The notes under the pieces are model-generated. The model had not been told where the DNA came from. It searched no databases and was given only the letters and a program-made list of their open reading frames with translations. From Amoebidium appalachense (Eukaryota; Protista; Ichthyosporea): a stretch of DNA of 64,000 bases. Below, in pieces: positions 1-13,108 of this stretch. The stretch lies in the NCBI GenBank assembly GCA_963693365.1, contig CAVNZM010000013.1, positions 3,190,722 to 3,254,721 on the forward strand, given 5' to 3'. A program made the position numbers and the translations under genes. Position 1 is the stretch's first letter. Every line of letters starts with the position of its first letter.

Positions 1-20
1 CCCCCGGCCTTTCCCACTGC

Positions 21-270
21 CCTTGCCTGCATAATCAACCCTGCTCGTCTCTGATCAAGACGAGTGACCTACCCATGTTCAAGTGAAACAGTATCTGAGT
101 TGGGTTTCGTTAACGAGGTGAATAGGTCGAAACTCGGGTACTGTGGATGACGTGGGCCCCCCCTGAGGATGGGCTCTGCTTATTATGCATACTCTTTATG
201 TATGGTTTGCATTCTGCATCGTGTTATCCGTTTGTTCTTGTGTACTTCGTACTTAATGACGCATTCAAAC
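21..270 (+). mobile_element. Hammerhead-core-bearing intronic element, subfamily B, near full length
   Basis: Near-identical to 11322-11491 and 62561-62749 over shared parts. Shares its 5' hairpin (CTCGTC..GACGAG), CGAAAC, CTGAGGATGGGCTC and 3' GCATTCAAAC+poly-C with subfamily A. Confidence 0.85.
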
Positions 271-272
271 CG

Positions 273-316
<44 letters not shown>

Positions 317-323
317 CCACCAC

Positions 324-445
<122 letters not shown>

Positions 446-577
446 ACCACCACCACCATCACCATCACCACCACCACTATCTGCGCCCCTCCCCCCTCCC
501 CCCGCCCCCCCCAAACGCACACACACACCCTTTCTTCAGTGCAAGAATTGACTTCGGACGAGCCGGCCATCCTTCAC

Positions 578-708
<131 letters not shown>

Positions 709-812
709 ACCACCACCACCATCACCACCACCACTATCTGCCCCCCCTCCCCCCCCCTCCCCCCCCCCCCCCCCCCCCCCCCCCCAAACGCACACACACA
801 CCCTTTCTTCAG

Positions 813-874
813 TGCAAGAATTGACTTCGGACGAGCCGGCCATCCTTCACCGACCAAAACGGACGGGAATGGTA

Positions 875-914
<40 letters not shown>

Positions 915-1149
915 AAAAAAAAAAAAACTCCCTCCGGGGGGATGGGCTCGACTTATGATGCGTGTGTTAATATTAGGTATCCTTTTTTTTCTTGTATATT
1001 CTGCATTGTGTTGTTCTTCTCAGATGTATTTTTCGTATTCTCAGGCATTCTAACCTTCTTCCCCCCCCCCCCCCCCCCCCCCCCCCCTCCCCCCCCCCCC
1101 CCCCCCCCCCCCGTTTCGACACGCACAGCCGCACACATGCACACACATG

Positions 1150-1247
<98 letters not shown>

Positions 1248-1332
1248 CACACACAGGGAGAGGAGGCCAAGAATGCCCTCTTTGTCAATGCGCCTCCCAG
1301 ATACCAACCGGCCATCTCTTTGGAGACAGGTA

Positions 1333-1363
<31 letters not shown>

Positions 1364-2277
1364 CCCCCCCCCCCCCCCCAAAAAAAAAAAAAAAAAAAAA
1401 AAAAAAGCTCTCATCCCAATCTTTGTTTGTGCTTTCCTGTGTTTATTCCATTTCTTCCCCCTTTTTCGTCCCTCCCCTCGGTGCCCAACTCCCTCTAAAT
1501 GCATTTGCGTGCAATAGTTTGTATCCCCCCCCCCCCCCCCCCCCCCCCCCCTTCCTCCCCCCCCCCCCGTCCCCCCCTCCTCCCTCCCCCCTCCCCCTGT
1601 TCCTCCACCCCCGGTGACGGAGTATGGGGTTTTTTCGACTGCAGATCTCATCGTTTTTTAGTATTTTAATGTGTCTAGTCTGTCGGTCTAACACTGCCGA
1701 GGTTAAAATCTTAATGTTTTAATCCTTTCAGTGTATTGGTTGAACGGGCCAAGTGGGTGTATGCTGTACATGTTGGTGATCACCATACACCACCGATCAC
1801 TAACATGCACCACATAAACCCCCCTCCCCCAAAATTTCCAAAACCAAAACCAGCGGCGATTGTGCTCACGGCCCAAGGAGTCACAGCACCCCCTATAAAA
1901 CCCCCCCAAACTCACCGCCAGCCGTCTGTTGAAAAGGACAAACCCCCCAAAGTTGAGAAAGAAGTGCACCCAGTTTTCTTCTGCAAGGTTCGATGCTATC
2001 CCCCCCCCCCCCCCCCCCCCCCCCTCTCCACACCACACCTTTCCCCCAGCCCGGCCAAGCCCACCCCACCTTCCCCGCCCCCCACCTTCACCCCCCACCA
2101 ACCTACCTCCTGCCCTACCCCACCCTATCTCTAATGGTGTTGCGTTTTTGATTGAGTGTAACTGATTTTCTCTTCAAAAAAGAGTAAGACATGCACGCTT
2201 GGAATGTGTAGTGTGCGCAGTCGGGGTTATGCACACAAGGACATATGATCTATACGGGCATGGTTAGGCATAGATTT

Positions 2278-2310
<33 letters not shown>

Positions 2311-2440
2311 TCACCCCTCCTGAATCTCTTCCTTTAAAGCACACCACCTAAAGAGCACACATGACACAGAACTGAAGCACATTCCTTTGCTCTACCACGA
2401 AAACGGTTTTTGAAATTTGGTCGTTATATACCTCCCCCTT

Positions 2441-2480
<40 letters not shown>

Positions 2481-2914
2481 ATACACACACACACCCAGCC
2501 TGCCTCATGTAGCCGAATGGTGGCTTTTTTTCGAAGTCAACGAAATCAGAATCCAAGGCAGGCAGCTGTGTGATTGGTGTGTGTATCTGCCTGAAAGATC
2601 CGAGACATATTTCTATGCACTACACGTACATAGAGCACGCACACGTACGTGTTTTGTACACACGCGCTTCCACGTACTTACACGTAGCACAGATTTACAA
2701 GTACACTGTGCAAGTCAAGTATGCGTGTCTAGAGTACTCGTATGCACTAAGGTACACCAAATGGGCAAAGTTCGGATGGACACACACGTACGCTTTGACA
2801 ATGGCCCACACTACACCTACACCTACTACACCTACTACATGTTTGACACACACATATGCACACGCGCGTGCGCGCGCGCACACACAAACACCTACCTACC
2901 ACCCGCAAGGGCAA

Positions 2915-3002
<88 letters not shown>

Positions 3003-3016
3003 CTGTACACACATGT

Positions 3017-3085
<69 letters not shown>

Positions 3086-3275
3086 TCACACAATCACACG
3101 CACCAATGCGCTTGCACATACACTCACACTCATGCTCACACACGTACACCCACCCACTTCCCCACCCACTTCCACACACCCACCCACCCACCTATCCACC
3201 CACATCCCCCCCCCCCCCCCCACACACACACACACACCTTCCCTCCCTCCCCCCACCACCCCCACGCCCCACCAC

Positions 3276-3317
<42 letters not shown>

Positions 3318-3877
3318 TTGCCCCTCCCCCTTGCTCTCCCCCCCCCCCCCTCTCCCCCAATTGATGACTTGGGCCCTCCCTGAGGATGGGCTCTGCTTAT
3401 GACGCATACTGTGCGCATGGCTGATGCTGCATAGTTGAATGTTTGCCTTTGCATGTGTCCTGCACCATGCTTCTCATCGTGTATGCGTACTTCGTACTGT
3501 GTTCCGCATTCAAACCCCCCTCTCCCCCCCCCCCACACACACACACCTACAGCATGAGAGTTGCGGCCTTGGTTTCATCACACTGGCAGGGCTCCAATCG
3601 CACCTACGCAGCAAGCACCCGACCCTGCGTCCACCCCCACCCCCCCGTGCGGAAAGAGCAGAGGGGGAGGAGTGGTCGTCGGAGGGAGAGCAGGAGGAGA
3701 CACTCACGGAGAGGCCAAAGCTCAGGGCAAGGTTCAATATGGTGCGTTTGGCTTTTTCTTTCTTACTCTCTTTTCTTGCTTTCTTCCCTTTTTTCCTCTT
3801 TTTCTTTTTCTTTTTCTCTATTCTTTTTTTCTTTTTTCTTCTTTCCCCCCCCCCCCCCCCCCTCCCCCCCCCCCCCC

Positions 3878-3929
<52 letters not shown>

Positions 3930-4166
3930 GGGGGGATGATTTGGTTGTTTTTGCTTTGTTAGATGGGACGAGGGAGGACGGAACCTGGGTGGGGTCCGTG
4001 TGTGTGTGTGTGTGTGCGCGTGTGTGTGTGTGCGTGTGTGTTTGGGGGGAGGGGGGGAGACCCTCTCTCTTCTCTTTCTGTGAGTTTGTGACGGATGATT
4101 GAACCGTTTTCTTATCCGTGTCAGCGTCTGGGAATGGTGTACTTGTGTGCACCCACCCTGACCTTC

Positions 4167-4199
<33 letters not shown>

Positions 4200-4939
4200 A
4201 AACACACACACACACAGTCTGCGCCACCCACCACCCAGAAGCCAGCCTCCAGCCCCCAACGGCCCCTCCGCAGTAACACAGCCATTGTGGTGGACCAGAT
4301 CACACCGACAACTTTCAAAGGTGTGAACATCATATCCCTCCCCCTCCCCCCCCCTCCCCCCCCCCCCCCCCCCCCCCCAAACAAGAAAAAAAGAAAAAAA
4401 AAAGGGAAAAAAAAAAAAAAAGAAAAGAAAAGAAAGAACGAAAGAAACATTCGCACCCATTACCACAAGCACCACCACCACTACGACTTGAGCCTCCCAG
4501 GAGGATGGGCTCCGCTATTGTTGCATACTATTCGTTGCTGGTGTTTGATGGTTTTATGTCTGCCTCTGTATTCTTTTACCCTCTTGTGTCCTGCACCGTG
4601 TTTCTCGTTGTGTAGTTGTAGTCGGTTCTGTGCTCCTCGTTCTAAACCCCCCCCCCCCCCCCCCCAACACCACCAGCACTACTACACAGCACACACGCAT
4701 ACACGCACGCACACGCACGCACGCACGCACGCACACACACGCACACACACAGACACACACACACACACACACACACATACACACCGCCCCCCCCCCCCCC
4801 CCCCCCCCCCCACACACACATACATCCCCCTCCCCCCCCCCCCCCCACCCACACACACACATCCCCCCCTCCCCCCCCCCCCACACACACACACATACAT
4901 CCCCCTCCCCCCCCCCACCCACACACACACACACATACA

Positions 4940-4971
<32 letters not shown>

Positions 4972-5632
4972 ACCACCACCACCACCACACACACAGGTAT
5001 GGAAGTTATCAAGGACCCCCAATCTCGTCAGCCAGGTTTGGGGGATCCCAAATCTCTCACCCGCCTCTCTCCGGCAGCCCCGGGGGGAACACCCAACCAG
5101 ACCCCTAGACCCGGGGGGAACCGGCAGCTTCCCCAATTTTCGCATCATGGCGCACAAACCGAACCCAAAAAGTCGCACCGCGCAGTGGTAAATCCGATAA
5201 GACCCCCACCTACGCGGCAGCTGCCTAAACGAGGTGTGAGCGCTGGGGAAACGGTTCCTCCGGCGGCCCCGGAAACGGCAACTAAGGGGGTAGGTGTATT
5301 TTAACATTTAACGGGTTTAAAAATTATTTCTTTATTGATGGCTCTGGTTTGTTCGTTAGGCAAAGGTGATTCGTGGGGTGAGATAATATACTGCACCGTG
5401 AATCCTTTGCAAGCAATTTCCGGTTTGTGTTTGTAGTAAACCTAAAAACCCCATTTGCGAAGCTTCACGCCGTCTTGTGAAAAGAACCCCTCCACCTATC
5501 CAAGGACCCCACATTGAAAATTGCAAAATGTTTTGGTTTTACAACCGTACACCTCCTTAACATTTACATGTAACCCTAACCCCTATTCTCTTTTGGTGGA
5601 GGCTTTTTCTCCCCCTCCCTCCCTCCCCCCCC

Positions 5633-5663
<31 letters not shown>

Positions 5664-5755
5664 ACACACACACACGGCGAAAAAGGAAGAAGGCAAATAA
5701 TGAAGAAAAGAAGGAACACCCTGGCACACATCCCCACAGATATGCATGCGGGCGT

Positions 5756-5813
<58 letters not shown>

Positions 5814-5908
5814 CACACACACATGTACGTACGTGATGCACGCGCACGTGTAAACACACGGGCACACACACACACACACACACACTCACACACACACGCA
5901 CACACACG

Positions 5909-5955
<47 letters not shown>

Positions 5956-7794
5956 GCATGCACATGCACACACAGCCCTCGTGTGTTTCTTTCTTTCTTT
6001 CTTTTTTTTCCCCAAGCAAGCAACAGAAACAAGCTATATACCAACCCCACCACGAAGCCAAATAACGTGCCAAGTGCCCCTATGACATCCCAGCTTTACA
6101 AAAATTAGTCATATATGGAATCTGACGTGATTTTGCACCAATCAGCCGGAGGTTGCTGCAGACGCGGCAGCGCCCGCTGCCGATGGTGGGGAGGGGGAGG
6201 ACGGGGGGAGGGAGAAGAGAAACGCATCAGTGGAGGCTATGAAGAGACTGGCTCAGCCAAAACTAGTGCGGCAACAGGTGGGGGGGGGTTTTTTGTGTTT
6301 TTTTTTTTTTGTGTGTTTTTTTTTCTTTTTTAGGTTTTTGGTTGTTTGTATTGTGTTGTTTTGTTTTGTTTGTTGGTTGCACGATGGGATAGGGAAGGGA
6401 AAGGGTGGCGGCGGCGGCCGCCGCCGCGGTGGTGGTGGTGGTGGTGGTGGTAGAAGGGGAAGAGGGGGGGGGGGGGGGGGGGAGGGGGTTGTGTTTGTGG
6501 TTTTGTAGTGTAGGGGAAGGGGTTATGTGCTTGTTTTTTGGGAAGAGGGGGGGGGGGGGGGGGGGGGGAGGGGAGGGGGGAAGGCAAAGTGGGTGTGCTA
6601 TGAAAACTGCAAAAGTAGATATGGCATTTTGGATAGTGTTTGAAATAGCTGGGTGTGTGTGTGTACAGCATAAATGACATTTAGACCATAGTACAAGTAG
6701 CGTAAAACTGCAACCAAAACAACATCAACCTCTAAACCTGCACTTGTCGCTGGTTTCTGATTGATCGCCTGTCAGCGTGTGTTTGCCCGGTGGGAGGGTG
6801 ATGGGATCTTCTACCCGGCCACCATCACCTCTGTGCATCCTGATGGCACCTACTCGGTCAAGTTCGATGATGGGTTCTCTGGCACAAAGACACTCTTGGA
6901 TATCATTGTATGTCCCCCCCCCCCCCCCCACCCCCCCCCCTCTCTGTCCCAAAAAAGGAAAAAATGGACACCCACCCATGCACGCGCACGCACGTACGTA
7001 CAGTACGTACGTAGGCGAAGGGCTGGCACACATACACCTGGCACACACATACACACACCCGCACATAGACACAACCGTTACCCTGTCCTCACCTGGTGTT
7101 GTCTCGGTGATGCTGCCATGACCACCAACATATGGCTTAATCGTTCAGGGTGGTGAGGGTGGGAACAAAAAAGGGGGGGGGGGGGGGGGGGGGGGGTTGA
7201 TGGAGATGCGACACTGCGCGCATGAATAGGGGGGTTTGAGAGGGAGGGGGGGGGGGGGGGGGGGGGGAGGGCTGGATGAGAGTGTGGAGCACAAACACAC
7301 ACAAAAAAAATTCTCTGCTGTAGGTTTGTGATTGGCAAACGTTGTTTTGGTGACACGCGACATGCGCACACACAAAATACTAATGAGGTAGGGTATGAAA
7401 TTTATATATGCATGTTGTGGGGGGGGGGGGGGGGGGGGGGGGTTGGCTTTGCTTAGCTCGGGGATTCGCATGGGGTTTTTTCATCCCTGTAGAGTAAAAA
7501 AGGGTTTGCACGCGCTCTAGTGAGGCAGGTGTGAAAGTTACATGACTGGGATGGGGGTTTTTCATTGCTCGTGATTCTTAATTGGGGGGTTTTCATCCCT
7601 GTATGACTTTGAAGGTATTTAGTGAAAGTTTAAAATAAATATAAAAATTTTAACTGGAATCACACCTGCAGGTGGCGCAACCCAAGGATGTTCCCAAGAA
7701 GAAGGGAGAGAGGAAGGAGAAGAAGAAGCCCCTGTATGACCCTGAACACCTGGTGAGAGTTTTTTCCTTTTCTTTTCTTTCGTTCTTCCTTTTT

Positions 7795-7829
<35 letters not shown>

Positions 7830-8176
7830 TGTGTAGGGGGGGGGACTTGTGTATGGGTGCTCGTTTGTTTGTCTTCGGTTTTGGGGGTGGATTGGGGAGT
7901 GGTTTTGTGCTTGTGTGCTTCACATGGAGGGTGTCTTTTTCTTCTTTGTCGATTGTGTATGTGTGTGCTCGTATGTGTCTTTGCAAGGGAAGGGCAGTGC
8001 AAGTGGTTACTTCATGCATGTGTGCTTTCCTGTATCTGTATGTATACTCCCCCCCCCTCCTCCTCCCTCCCTCCCTTCCCTCCCCACGCCCAACCACCTG
8101 CCCACCGGTCCACCACACACTCACCCACCACAAATGAGCACATGCACACACGCGCGAGCGCGTGCACACGTGTGTG

Positions 8177-8235
<59 letters not shown>

Positions 8236-8382
8236 AACACACACACACACATACACACACACACAAACACCCTTTCACCCATCCCTTACCCACACACCCA
8301 CCGACCACCCCCCCACCCCCCCACCAAACACACACACACATACACACACCCTTCCCCCCTCCTTCCCCCCTCCAACCCCCCC

Positions 8383-8433
<51 letters not shown>

Positions 8434-8656
8434 AGAGTGATGATGAACCGGGCCTTATCTGGTGTGTGTGCGGCACCTCGGCCAACTATGGCCACATGAT
8501 TCAGTGCGAGAAGTGCGACATGTGGCAGCACTACCAGGTAGGTGCTCCCTCGATAGCGGCTCCTTCGATAGCTGCTCACTCGATACCTGTTTCCTCCTTT
8601 TCTACCATTTCTCCTCGTTTGTGGTGTTGCCTGCCATTGAAAGATGCGGCGGATGC

Positions 8657-8687
<31 letters not shown>

Positions 8688-9593
8688 GCCCTTTTGGGCC
8701 CTCCCTGAGGATGGGCTCTGCTTATGACGTATACTGTGCGCATGGCTGATGTTGCATACTTGAATGTTTGCCTTTGCATGTGTCCTGCACCATGCTTCTC
8801 GTCGTCGTACTTCGTACTGTGTTCCGAATTCAAACCCCCCCCCCCCCCCCCCCCCTTTCGCTCCCCTCAAGCAGGCCGCAGGCGTAGCTGCTCTGAATTG
8901 CTTTGGCCTTTGACTGAACACATGGCTTTTTGTTGCTAACTAACCCCAACCCTAACTTTGAAGTGTTGGTTTCGGGTTTTATTATTACATGTGTTTTGTC
9001 TTTTTGGTTTTTCCTTCATATTTCCAACCCTCCCTGCACTCCTAGTTAATTATTTAAAAGCTCAGAAGTTTGAAAGGTTCGGGTGGGGGATAGATCAGAG
9101 AACTCACAGGAGTTGAGGAAAGGTGGGCTAAAGAAAGAAACAAAGCATATGGGCGAGGGTAAGGATGTTTGAGCAGAAGTACATAAATGTGTTTTCTTGG
9201 ATGTCATAACTTCCATGCCGATGTAAACATTAAAGAAAAGGGTTTGCGTGCTGACCATGTGTTCTGTCTTGCAGTGTGTTGGCATCGATGAGTCAAACGT
9301 GCCGGACGAGTTTGTGTGTGGAGAGTGCCAAGGTGGGTGCTGCTCTCTCTCTCACACAGACACGTACACACACACACACACACTCCCTCTCTCTCGCTCT
9401 CCTCTCTCTCCCCCTCTTTCTCATCACACACACACTCCCCCCTCCCCCCGGCCTCTCCTCTGCTCCCTCTCCCTCCTTCCCTCCTTCCCCCCCTCCCTCC
9501 CTCCCTCCCTCTTTATCTCTGTCTCTCGCTCTCCTCGCTCCATTTGTATGATAGTTGATAGATGGTTTTTTTTTTGTTTTGTTTTGTTTTGTT

Positions 9594-9638
<45 letters not shown>

Positions 9639-9926
9639 TATCAATATTAGGTGGGTGATGGGTGCAGTTCCATTTGTATTTGTTTGTTGGCTTTGGCTAC
9701 TTTCTTTATTTTCCCTTTTGTTTGATTATAGCTTCCCTTTTTTCCTTTCCCCCCTTTCCCCCTGCCTTTTTTTTTTTTTGTTTTATTATGAACTTTTTCA
9801 TTTTTTCCCTCGTGATACCCAGCCGTGTAAACTGATTATACTATGAATAATCGCCCTCGTTCCCTCCTTCTAATCCTCAACCCCAACCACAGATTTCCGC
9901 TACTGCAGAGACAGCAGAGAGGTAAA

Positions 9927-9977
<51 letters not shown>

Positions 9978-10163
9978 TCCCCTCCCCCTTCGTCCCACCT
10001 GCAACACGCACACAACACGTAGAGGGACACACATGCACATGCCTGCACGCGCACACCCACCCGCAAAGCAAGGTCGCATGGTGGCGCCCATCAATTCAAT
10101 GGGGTTTCTTTGGATACACAAATCACTTTCGACATGCATTCTTACGTATTGAGTCTTCCCCAG

Positions 10164-10194
<31 letters not shown>

Positions 10195-10257
10195 CCCCCC
10201 CTCCCCCCTCCCCCCCCCCCCCAAAACCCCCCGGGGGGCAAAGAAGGGGAATAAGGC

Positions 10258-10294
<37 letters not shown>

Positions 10295-10295
10295 C

Positions 10296-10331
<36 letters not shown>

Positions 10332-10664
10332 CACTTCGCTCCTCCTCCCTCCCCCCCCTCAATCGTGATAATCTCACTAACCCGTGAATGTGGTTTCGTT
10401 TTTCCAGGTTCTTCTCAGCACAACCATACCTACGCTTGCGCTGAGATCCAAAAATCCGCCCCGTGAGAAGGAATTACGGTTTGTGCAGTCGCAGATTGCA
10501 AAGGACATGGGTGCTATGAGGGCTGTACTGAGAGCTGCATCACTGAAACTTGCAGGGTAAGTCGTCATGCACGTGTGTGTATGTATGTGTGGGTGGGTGG
10601 GTGGTTGGGTGAGTGGGTGGGTGTGAGGGTGTGTGTGTGTGTGTTTTAGTGTGTGTGGGTGTGT

Positions 10665-10727
<63 letters not shown>

Positions 10728-11493
10728 TTTTGGGGGGGGGGGGAGGGGGGGGGGTTGTTTATTTTATTTTATTTTTATTTAATTATTTTCTAATTATTGT
10801 CCGGGGGGAGGGGGGGAGGGGGTTGGTTGGTTCAGGTAGAGGACTGCTTGCCTTTGTGGGTCAAGGAAGGATGTGTGTAATATAAGACTTCGTGGTTGTG
10901 TTTGTTTTTTGGGGGTTTGAGTGTCATACCGCATGTTTCTTTCTGCCTTTCTTTCTTGCTTTTTATGGCCGGTTGGTGGCTCTCTGCCCTTCCCCTCCCC
11001 CCCCCCCCTCCCCCCCCCCCCCCTCCCCCCAAGCAACCCTGCTCGTCTTTGATCAAGACGGGTTGACCCACCCAAGTTCAGTTGATGCTGCTGTCTGAGT
11101 TGGAGCGTCGTATATACGCGGGCTAAGGGGTCGAAACTCAGACGCAATTGATGACTTGGGCCCTCCCTGAGGATGGGCTCTGCTTATGACGCATACTGTG
11201 CGCATGGCTGATGCTGCATAGTTGAATGTTTGCCTTTGCATGTGTCCTGCACCATGCTTCTCATCGTGTATGCGTACTTCGTACTGTGTTCCGCATTCAA
11301 ACCCCCCCCCCCCCCCCCCCCTGGGTTTCGTTAACGAGGGGAATAGGTCGAAACTCGGGTACTGTGGATGACGTGGGCCCCCCCTGAGGATGGGCTCTGC
11401 TTATTATGCATACTCTTTATGTATGGCTTGCATTCTGCATCGTGTTATCCGTTTGTTCTTGTGTACTTCGTACTTTTTGACGCATTCAAACCC

Positions 11494-11524
<31 letters not shown>

Positions 11525-12706
11525 ATACACACACAACCACACAGACACACATGCTCACACACACCGTTGAGGCCTACGGTACCTGGAACATGTCTTTCTT
11601 CAATATAATTTGATATTCGAAACTCCATCTCACATTCTCTTACCATAAACAGACCGCCAAAGGTACCCGTCAGGGCCCAATCACAACCGTCCATCGCCAC
11701 GGCAACCGCCCCAGCTCAGCCAATCACATCGCAGGGCTCATCTCTCCCTGGCACGGCCGTGAAACTCCAGAACCCCCCCCACCTACAAGCTCTGCCCAAC
11801 ACACACCCACCGCTACGCGTACCCCAACGCCCACACCCACACCCCCACCGAACATTTCCACACCCACAACAACGCACGTGCCGCAGGGAAACAACATGAT
11901 GTTTATCCCCCTGCGCCCGCCCACGCAACCGTCCACTCCGGCGCACACGCACGAACAACAAACGCCACACCACAAAACGCTTGGGTTTCCTGCTCCCAAC
12001 ACCACCTACCCACCCACAAACACAACCACACCAAGACCAACACCCCCTCCCACCGCCCCCGTCCCGCCAACGCAAGCGCAAACCCCAACGCAAATTCCGG
12101 ACGGCAATTCGAATGTACAAAACCCAAACACGAAGACGGAACCCGGTTTGAGTGAAACCAAACCGGAAAAAGAGGGGGGGGACACGGGGTCGAAAGTCGA
12201 GGCGGCGGTAAACGGGGTTCTTGAGGGGGGGTCCAAGACGGAGATTCAAATTTCGGCTGCGGAGCTTGATGAGATTGAAGCCAGCCAGAAAGAGTTGGAG
12301 AGGCACATTGCATTCCTCGAGGCCCAACTGCAAGGTATTGAATCCCCCCTGAGATTGAAATTACAATGGTGATGGGGAAATGTGTGTTGTAATTGTGGAT
12401 GGGGGGGTGGGGGGTGGGGGGGGGGGGGGGGGGGGGTAATTAAAGGGAGAAAAATGAATTGAGTTATATTACCCCTCCCATGCCCCTTTCTCCAGAGGCC
12501 TGAAAGGAAAGCATTGAATGTTGTACGTATCAGTGCAACGATAAATGCATGCGTAAGAGGGATAGAAAAGGGTGTATGGGTGTAGATGTCCGTGTGACCA
12601 TGTTCGTGTGTGTGCATGGTCATTTGTGTGTGTGCTTGTGTGCTTGTTTGTGTATTTGTGCATGCGCATGGGTGTTTGTGTGTGTATTCGTGCGCATATG
12701 CGTGTT

Positions 12707-12739
<33 letters not shown>

Positions 12740-12893
12740 GTGTATTTGTATGTGCAATGTGTGGGCGTGTTTGCCCTCCAATATCAGCATGTGCACGTCC
12801 CTGTTTGTTTTATGGTGCCCGTGGTGGTTTTTTGTTTTTTCTTTTTCTTTCTCTCTCTCTCTCTCCTCTCCCTCCCTCCCTCCCTCCCTCCCT

Positions 12894-12949
<56 letters not shown>

Positions 12950-13026
12950 ATCTTTTTTTTATTTTCGGTTGTTGTTGTTCCTTCCCTGTCCCTTTTAGGA
13001 CCTCGTCCCAGGCCAGGGAAGGAGTA

Positions 13027-13108
<82 letters not shown>

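Noticed and set aside
147-270. Recurring short ORFs [12 protein letters not shown] / MGSAYYAY / MQRQTF
   Set aside because: Incidental translations of the non-coding repeat; frames are not preserved between subfamilies.
11100-11135. HDV-like ribozyme reading of the element (GGCTAAGGG resembles HDV J4/2)
   Set aside because: No P3/L3 in the right place, and the would-be catalytic C is T or G in subfamily B, whereas the hammerhead core motifs are conserved in all three subfamilies.
11090-11215. Box C/D snoRNA or U3 (TTGATGA, GTCTGA, CTGA), or tRNA-derived SINE (GTTTCGACCC on the minus strand)
   Set aside because: The boxes are in the wrong order or not conserved in subfamily B, there is no A-box or cloverleaf, and G-U pairs favour the plus strand.
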